Below the pieces are notes generated by a model. That model did no database searches and had not been told where the DNA came from. It worked only from the letters and a program-made list of their open reading frames with translations. A stretch of DNA of 64,000 nt from Octopus bimaculoides (Eukaryota), in the NCBI RefSeq assembly GCF_001194135.2, contig NC_068984.1, forward strand, positions 66,009,323 to 66,073,322. The letters run 5' to 3'. The stretch's first letter is position 1, and the number at the start of each line of letters is the position of its first letter. Shown piece by piece: positions 55,201 through 64,000 of the stretch. The translations under genes were made by a program, and so were the position numbers.

Positions 55201-55937
55201 GAAAATGAAAATACTAATAATTCAATTCATCTTATATGGAATACAGTTAGTTTTTGCAAAGCAACTAGGATGCCTCTATATAGTTCCTTGACCTGCTAGA
55301 AATGATTGCTAATTTCCCTGAATTTTCTTGTTAAAAACATGAAAACTGACAACATACTCATAAATATAGAAAGACCAGAATATCACAGCTAGAACAACTT
55401 TGATCACAGGCCTGCTTAGTTAGAGCTTACAAGGAGCTGAACAACATTGAATTTTCATTGCCTTTCCATTAATGTTTAAAATCTAAATTCCATTAGAATT
55501 TTTTTCTTTACAGTGGTTAAATAAAAGGACAATATGCAATACATTACGTTTCTGTTTGTTAAACATGAGCAGATTTATAAGCCTGCAACAGAAAATTTTG
55601 TTCTTCCATTTTCTATTACTCAGAGGAAAAGAATAATATATACAATTACATATTTACAAATCATTTTCCAATTTAATAAAATGTTTTGAATCTTGAATGC
55701 CAAAAAAGTTTAGACACTTTTTCAGAGTTTTCAACATATCAAAAACATTTGGATCACATAGAACTTTGGGTATTGATATCCTTGTAATGGTCATAGACAA
55801 AATTAGAAGCACAAACTTCACAATTAAAAATCATATTTAATTAATAGCTTAACTAAGATATATTTGAAGATTAACTTTCAAAAAACGCTCAGCTGATTGT
55901 AACATATCTGTTGTTATACATAACATAGGATAATGGG

Positions 55938-56275
55938 TAAAGACCCCCTTTGGTCATGAATGACCATAGGATTGCACCTAGGAAGTTTCCCTTCAAGGTA
56001 CAAGTCCGGGCAAGATTGCTTATGGAAGACCAGCAATCACTCATGCATACCAGCCTCCCCTCTCCTTGCCACTGGTGTTATCCAAGAGAAAGGCAAAGGC
56101 CAATGCAGCTTGGCACTTGTGACATCACAGCTCATTTCTACAGCTGAGTGAACCGGAGCAATGTGAAATAAAGCATCTTGCTCAAGAATACAACATGCAG
56201 CCCAGTCTGGGAACTGAAATAATTCCACCATGATTTTGAGCCTGACTCTCTAACCACTGAGCCAAGCATCTTCAC
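55938..56275 (-). mobile_element. Full-length tRNA-derived SINE (third family)
   Basis: Minus strand GTGAAGATGCTTGGCTCAGTGGTTAGAG (A box), central CTTGAGCAAG...CACTCAGCTGTAGAAATGAG, ends GGGGGTCTTTA. Confidence 0.8.
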
Positions 56276-57114
56276 TATGACCTATTGTAGATGTTCTTAT
56301 TTACCCCACCTCCACCCCACCCCAGCTTAGTGCTAATTTGGCAGAGCTATACTCAAAGACATTCCAGATGTGATCTTCCCATGTTTTTTGTATATGTAGG
56401 ACAACATTGTTCAAACTACCCTTTTTTTTAATGATAGGATAATTTGGCCAGTATTTCTTGCAAGTTGAGCAACCATGTACATGTTCTCCTGTTGGCTATA
56501 GAGTTTATATGTGATGAATATAATGTGTGATGATTACCACTTATTTACTAAGACAATAGTAATTTAACAGAAATATAGTTTTAAGAATAAAAAACCTTCA
56601 CAAAACAACAGAAGACATTCATAACTCAAAAGTTCTCAGAAGAAACAGAAAAAGAGCTAAGACTTTAAATCTCAACAAAGACAATTATGTTAGGAATTTG
56701 TAATGAATATTAATGAAATATAATTTGCAACAGGTTTGTTCTTAGTTCAAGTGCAGAGAACAATGTATTCAGAAGCTTTCTTAAACCATTTCTTTTTTTT
56801 TTATATATATGAATCAAGCATCATGCATCTTACATGATTACAAGCAAGCCTGTATGACACCAAAATATATTTTCAATTACACACTTCTGTGAAAATACTT
56901 GTGTTTTCTGGGGTTTTTTTTAAACAAAATCACAGAAGAATTTTACTCCATCATATTGAATAGGTAGTTGAACATTACAAATGGTAAGAAATCTATGACA
57001 AATCTTGTAATATTCAACAATATGGTGAACTATTGTAGGATCATCTGTTGTTTCTTTCTAAAAAGGTATCCAAAATAAGTTAACATATTGTTTTCAAAAA
57101 GTTCATTCAAATAT

Positions 57115-57330
57115 ATTTTTCTACTTTTCTGCTCTAGGCACTAGGCCTGAAATTTTGGGGGAGGGAGCCAGTTGATTAGATTGACCCCAGTATGCAACTG
57201 GTACTCAATTTATCGACACTGAAAGGATGAAAGTCAACCTTAAAGGAATTTGAACTCAAAATGTAAAGACAGACGAAATATTGCTAAGCATTTCACCCAG
57301 TGTGCTAACATTCCTGCCAGCTCGCCATCT
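57115..57330 (-). mobile_element. ~210-bp SINE with 16-bp TSD
   Basis: AAGTTCATTCAAATAT at 57099-57114 and 57331-57346; B box GAGTTCAAATTCC; A-rich tail. Confidence 0.9.
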
Positions 57331-57633
57331 AAGTTCATTCAAATATTAATCATGCAATGTTTAATCTCTGTATGTTAATGCAAAAGTTGGAACACTTTTA
57401 TACCTGTAAGAAGATAATTAATGTAAGAATGCAAAAAGATAATTAATCCTCTCACTGCAAAATTAAATTACATGGTTATTTCAGTAATGGTATTAGATAT
57501 GTATCAAAAAGTACAACTGGTATTTTCTGTAAGTCACACTGCCTCAGTAAATTTAACATATCTCAACAAAAGATATATTGGTAAATAAAAACTCTTAAGT
57601 ATTATTTTTTCAAAGAAAAAAGCAATGTCTTAC

Positions 57634-57723
57634 CTTATATGTTTAATTATTTCAAATTATTCTTTCAACCCTTTATCTTCTAACTCTACCCAATTTAATT
57701 CATCAGCCACAAGAATGAACAAT
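57634..57723 (-). pseudogene. Candidate 90-nt pseudo-exon (LFILVADELNWVELEDKGLKE*FEIIKHI)
   Basis: Strong TTTTCTTTCAG acceptor and AAG|GTAAGA donor; length is a multiple of 3; one in-frame TAA. Confidence 0.25.
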
Positions 57724-59030
57724 CTGAAAGAAAATCAAGTCTTTATCAATATTCAGTATATATTCTTTCTATTCAAAACATAATTAGTGGTTTAAAGTTT
57801 TGCATAACACAAATGTTATGCAGATATCAATATTTCCCCAAATATTTTTATATAGAAATAACCATTCACATATAATTTAAATTTGCATAAGAATATTTCT
57901 GTAAGTATACACTTATTTGTATATGAACATATGCAAATGTACAACCATAAAGAAATATCTAAAACATTTGCTTACATGTTAAGTAACAAAATTACTGGTA
58001 ACTTTTCTAAAATTAACTAATCATACTTATGTTTATAGATTTTTCATGTTAACGGGTGGAAGTTTTCCTTTCTAAATGCTTATTAAATAATACAGAGAAT
58101 GTTTATTAGTTCTTCCACAAACTGTGTTCTTCTAAGAATACATTCACACTATGTTGACAAAAATAATGTCAAAATCTAATTTTTTAAATGAATTAAAAAC
58201 AATTAAAGAAAAAGGAAATAACCATTATATATCTTATATTTTATCTTTTATCACTTATGAAAACAAAAAAAAAAACTAGAATTGATTAATTTTACTAATA
58301 TACTTATGATAAAGATATTTTATGTGTGAATTATAGAAAATACATCATTTCTGTTTCTAAAATTATATTAAATAATCTGTCACTGAAATACTGTACATGA
58401 ATAGTATTCAGAAACCACATGAGGTTTGTTTACTTTATTTTCTTCTAAAACAAAAGCAGAACAATTACTAAGAGAAATGCAGCAAATACTGCTCTTATGA
58501 TGAGGATACTATTTGAATTAGTGTATTAACTTTCTAAGTTCATTTCCTCACACCCACCATCCATCCAATTCACAACAACAATCCAACTTGTTTTTAACTC
58601 TAATTCCAAATTTGATTTCATAAATTCAAAAATATACAAAAATTATTTGGAGTAGAACAAATTGAATTTTCTTTAAATGACATGAAAAATCATAAAGTAA
58701 ATGAATGCAAAATATACAGAAGGCATAAATACAGCTTTTATTTGCTTTGCTGATAAAAAAATAATTGTATATGTATTTACACGTGTGAATGTATAAATGC
58801 ATGGTGAATGTAAATGTATAAATGATGAAAGTGTGTACTTGTGCTCGTTATGAATAATACATTTAAATATGCACATTACCATAACCTCAGGGTTCAATGA
58901 ATAAATAGAAACAAAACTAATATACTGATGTGTAATGATATTAAAGTTATTATATATATTTGAAAATCCTATATTGAAATAAATCCTGCCTCAAGTGTTC
59001 ATCATAAAATTTATACAGATAAAGTAGTCT

Positions 59031-59061
<31 letters not shown>

Positions 59062-61574
59062 CTACATTTACTTGAAACAACCTGAGCAGCAAAGAAAGTA
59101 GTTTGCAGACACAGTAGGCTATTGAATGGAAGTCTCAAAACACTTCCCTGCCTTGCATTTTATTTACAAACATTCTTTCAAATAATATTCTTCATTCTAA
59201 CTTTGAAATACTGATACCAGTCACTCTGCAGAACTAGTGCATCCTTCAGGAATGCTTTTGTATATTTGGAATGTTACCTATCTAGTTAGTAACCAAATTT
59301 GTTAGCCTATGACCACATCTATTTTTAATCAAAATTGTCACCATAAGCAGTATTAACTAGTACATAAGTAACAAACTGGATGGATCATAAAAGTATTGGC
59401 TAGAGCACAACTATAGTATTCATATCAGCTTTCTGCACTCTGAGTTCAAATCCTACCATTTCAAAGTGAATAAATAAGGGCTGGTGAATTACTGTAATCA
59501 GACAAGATGCCTTGCAGCATCTATTCCAACTCATTGAATTACATTCTCATTCTGCCTACATGTCAATAGCAAGGACTAATTCCTTAACCACAAGATTGCC
59601 ACATATGATCTGTATTAACTAGTATGGAGAGGTGTACCTACGCCCAACACAAACAATCCAGCAACAACATATTAAGGTTTCATCAATCAGTGGATCACCA
59701 ATGAGTAGGATGAAGTCACCAAACATCCGATAAACTGCCATAAAATGAACATATACACTTATAATCAATAAACTGCATTTTACTTTTTTTTATAATTGCT
59801 ATCTAATTTTTTTTTTCAATTATTTTCTCAAGTTATNNNNNNNNNNNNNNNNNNNNNNNNNNNNNNNNNNNNNNNNNNNNNNNNNNNNNNNNNNNNNNNN
59901 NNNNNNNNNNNNNNNNNTATATATATATTTGTTATGTATCATGGAAAGTACCAGTAGAAAAATATCTTTCTGTTACACATATTGAAAATGAACATTCCAA
60001 ACTAAACTATAATCACTTACTGAAACTACAATGATAGAATAATTTTTTAAATAGACGTGAAACCTTTCAAAATGCTATGAAACATGTCAAGATAAGAAGT
60101 TTGTATTAGTGAACATAATATTTTTCTATGATATTTATGTGAAATATAGATGTATACCAAAAAAAATCTAATTTGCTACAAAAACATGAAAAAGACATTG
60201 CAATAAAACCTTAAAAATGAGAATATGATGGAAATAAAATGTTACATTATTAGTGGATTAAATATTTCATTTTTATAACTATAACTTCCAATATTTGTAG
60301 GTGTACTGAATTATGTCTAGTGCAAATATATTATTTAAATCAACCCATAAGAAAAATTACCAAAAGCATACACATATGTAAGACTCTTATCTTGTAAAGC
60401 TATACACAACTAACATTATCTTTTGAAAGAAATGTAGGTGGATTGTTCATGTAGCAATCAGAATTGAAGGAACACTGAAGTTATGCCAACGTGACAAAAT
60501 AAAAATCATATCTTGTTAGGTTACCAAACAAGCTGTCATAGATAAGTGTGAATTCACAAATACAACACAAATACAACGCACACATGCATATACAAAAGTG
60601 TGTTATTCAATGAAAACTGCTTTAGGAAAAGAAGTAAGGATCTACTAATTTATCATTGAACTGGTACTTGATAAAAGTCAAAATTCTAGCCAACAGCTTC
60701 AAAATACCAGCCAGTGCTAAGTTAATTTAATTCATATAATATTCCCATGCATATCTTTTTCACTGTCTACACCTCAATATTCCAGAATGTCCTTTAGTTG
60801 AATCAATCCACACAGATGATATATTTCTAGAGTTTGACTTACATACACTCACTAACAAAATCACTTGGCATTTTGTCTTAGTCTGCTCTTGAGTATACAG
60901 CCAATAGGTTTTTCAGCATTGTAGGTTGCAAATCATATGACTAAACCTGATGACCATTTGCTCAGTATTATTTAACATCTAGCAGTTTGAAGATAGGGCC
61001 TTGAAGTAAGCAGTCAAATAAGACTTCTGGTAGTAAAGAGCTTCTTACAGATACTTAACTGTAATACTTTTTACTATTATACTTGTATACATCTACTACT
61101 ACTACTACTTCATTACTAGTATGAAGAAACTACAGAAGTGAACAACAAAATAATTTTGTGTTATGTTAGTGTTGTCACATAGTCAAAGATCATTTCTTTT
61201 GGTTTATTTATATGGTATTTATGATAATTTCTCTTGTTTCTCAAAAACTATATATGTTTGTTTGCTTCTTACATGTCCCTAAGGTTCAATACAATCTATG
61301 ATTGTAGAACATATATGCAGAATGACCAGGAGTCAAGGAGATGCTTCACTGTGGTGAAAGTTGTTTTCTAAATTGCTGGCAATGTTAACACAGGCTCTTC
61401 AATTCATTTTGAGGATTATGTTTTAAGAGATGCCAACAAACCTTCACAAGCACAAAATAGTTGTTTGCAAGTACACTTCTTATTAATGTGCATGTTGATT
61501 TTGTTCTGTCATTAAATATCAAGAAGGAATGTTAAATATTTTCAGAAGAAAAGAATCCAACCTTCTGATTTACA

Positions 61575-61725
61575 TAGGGCCATCTTAAGAGGTGAGCACA
61601 CTGGGTAGTTGCCCAGGGGCTTCACAAGTGTAGGGACCCAATTCTGATCTCTGTTAATAAAAAAATACTCAGGGCCCAGAGCACTGATTTGCCTGGGGAC
61701 CTATAAAGCTGCTGAGACAACCCTG
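61575..61725. mobile_element. hAT-type MITE (151 bp) with 8-bp TSD
   Basis: GATTTACA at 61567-61574 and 61726-61733; termini TAGGGCCATCT / AGACAACCCTG; GC-rich island. Confidence 0.85.
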
Positions 61726-63710
61726 GATTTACAGCTTACTATTTTCCAGTGAAAATCATACAAATGTATTGTAAAAGTTCAGATAGAGTTTTTCTCCCAC
61801 ACGTTTATGTTTAAGTCAAAGAGACTATATTGTTTTGAAAGCAGCTATTGCCAGAAATTTTCATCATTACTGAGAAGAAATACGAATTTTTTTTCTATTT
61901 TCTCCACTTCCTGCCAATTTTGTTGTCTCATAGCTGATAGTGGTAAAAACTCCATTTTCTCTATAATTACATAAAGGACCCACTTTCTAAGCACCTCAGG
62001 AGCTGTCAATTTCATGACATAGTGACTCATTCTACAAGCACACCAGGTGCTATTAACACCTATAATACTAACGTATCTCAGCAGAGTTTATCAATATTTG
62101 AGATAATGCTACTATCACAAGTATACGTTATGTCAAGAAGCATTGATTTTGATAAATATGAAAATATAACTAAATATTATTCAATTTTCAAAGGTATTTT
62201 TTATCTACCTCCTAAACCAATTATTCTCTGTGTATCTTTCTATATTTTTACTACTTAATTAAAAAAAAAGTATTATCCAGTCTTTATTACACATTATGCA
62301 GATATGAGTGCAACAGCACTGGAATAAAAACTATAGTATGAAATGGAATTTAATAAGATTGCCCTTTCGTATAGAGTTTACCAGTTTACCAAAACAGAAT
62401 TAAATATACTAAGTCCAGCAATAATAAAACCAAAAAGAAAATATAAATTTTTATTAGCCTCATTAATCAATTTAAATGGCCGAACATTTAAGCATAAACT
62501 CAAACAGGATTGGAATAAGATGTCTGTACTTTTGATACCCTTCAATACCTTGATTATCAACTGCTTAGGGATAAATTAATAAGTAAAAAGAAATTAAATA
62601 ACACTACATGAAAATCTGAAGAAAATCAAACTAAATGTCACCAGACAGAACAAGACTACCAATTTTGCTTCTGAAACCATTTAAATTGAATGTGTGTAAT
62701 TAATGATGGCTCTCTTATCACACTTCCTGACAGAAAGAGAGAGGAGTGCTAAATTTACAAACTTCACTGGAACATACTAATTTTGACATATCACCTATGA
62801 CTCACAAAATTAATCACTGTTGCACAAACTTCTAAAGTGATCTTTTTGTACAATTTCTAAGCAGTGTTTATAATACTTGTGTTGATACAGGTTGCATGTT
62901 GTGCATATTTGCTGCTACATCAAATGACTTAACTCAGTAGTCACATAATCAGTTCTAGTTAAAGCAGTTTGATGCAAGAGCTTGATTCGTGCAGTTAAAT
63001 AAGGCACAATTACAATCTTAGTATAATGAATACCTTATTGAGAAACCTCATTACTTAACTTGAACAAATTCTTACTAGACTCATTCTAGAAGTATTCACA
63101 GTGAACAGTTTTCCTATGTTTGGTTTAATACCTTGAAAGTTCAAATCCTGGCATAGTTCAACTCTCAGGTCAATAACAAGAATCAGTGATACTTTTGATC
63201 TAAAATTGGAAATGGAGTTTTGTCCGAACCTACCTGTGCATAACTGATAATGACAGAAATTCTCTCAGGTCATCTTTGGTTTTAATAATCAAAATAAGTT
63301 CAAAACTGTTATATTTGTTGAATATACTATATACAGAAATAGTTTCAATCCAATTCCAGCACAAGAATTTCAGTTTCCTTGCCCATAAATGGTATCAAAA
63401 AATCAAACAAATACATTCTACTTGTAGTATTTCTGTAAGTTTTAATAACTAATTAAATCAAATAATTTCATGGAAGTCTTGGAGGCTTGTAAGTACAATA
63501 AATATATAACAAATAAAGAATATTGCATTTGCGATAGAATTTTATACTTATTCGAATTTTCTAAACAATTATACAGAATAAACATTGTGCATCACTACCA
63601 TAATTGTTAACGTTTTAAAGTTTCTTAAGTCTGTTTGTCATTGTGAGAAGTTTCAAAATTCTTGGCCAAAGTTCTTCTTTAAGGAACAAGAAAAATTGAT
63701 TTGTCCTCAA

Positions 63711-63930
63711 CCCTTTTGTTACCATGCTGGCTGAAACCGACTCTGGCTCTGAGTACAAATGTCTTGTTTTCATAAGTTTTGAATAAAAATCTTCCACCAG
63801 TCCTTAGTCACAATTTATGTTCCTAACACTAGCTGAACGATTATTAAGTTATTTTACTAATTTTTTTGTTATATTTAAAGTAATTAAAAGAAACACAGAG
63901 CATCTAAAAATAAATTCAGTAACAAAAGGG
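63711..63930. mobile_element. piggyBac-type MITE (220 bp)
   Basis: TCAA-CCCTTTTGTTAC ... GTAACAAAAGGG-TTAA with a perfect 12-bp TIR; homologous to 25394-25600. Confidence 0.88.
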
Positions 63931-64000
63931 TTAATCTATGAGAATTTGGACTCTATGAAGAATGTCAGGAAATGGCAGGCAGAGTTAGTAGTTATGTGAA

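Noticed and set aside
57634-57723. Resemblance of LF...LNW...DKGLKE*F to an RRM RNP2/helix start
   Set aside because: Spacing is wrong, the GG motif is absent and no RNP1 exon was found.

Overview
This is very AT-rich eukaryotic DNA with dense microsatellites and seven N-gaps. The SINE, MITE and LINE families and the repeat texture fit a coleoid cephalopod, probably Octopus; this is pattern recognition, with no database search. I found no intact, nameable host gene, rRNA, true tRNA or CRISPR array. The window is mostly transposon remnants: (i) five R4/Dong-like non-LTR fragments (RT, CCHC knuckle, PD-D/ExK endonuclease), all on + and each ending in a trinucleotide tract, clustered at 28.6-32.5 kb and 37.0-39.3 kb; (ii) a 353-bp solo LTR with a 4-bp target-site duplication (TSD) splitting one of them; (iii) L1/Tx1-like ORF1 and ORF2 remnants; (iv) a Penelope GIY-YIG fragment with a nearby degenerate hammerhead ribozyme; (v) an ~860-bp inverted repeat whose arms each hold a hammerhead-like core with a very long stem II; (vi) several tRNA-derived SINE families, piggyBac-type and hAT-type MITEs and a Helitron-like element. 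A chain of short minus-strand candidate exons (40.6-57.7 kb), some with in-frame stops, may be a decaying pseudogene or lncRNA but is unproven. Nothing here can be shown from sequence alone to be a new biological system. The best leads are the long-stem hammerhead palindrome, the microsatellite-associated retrotransposon arrays and the candidate exon chain.
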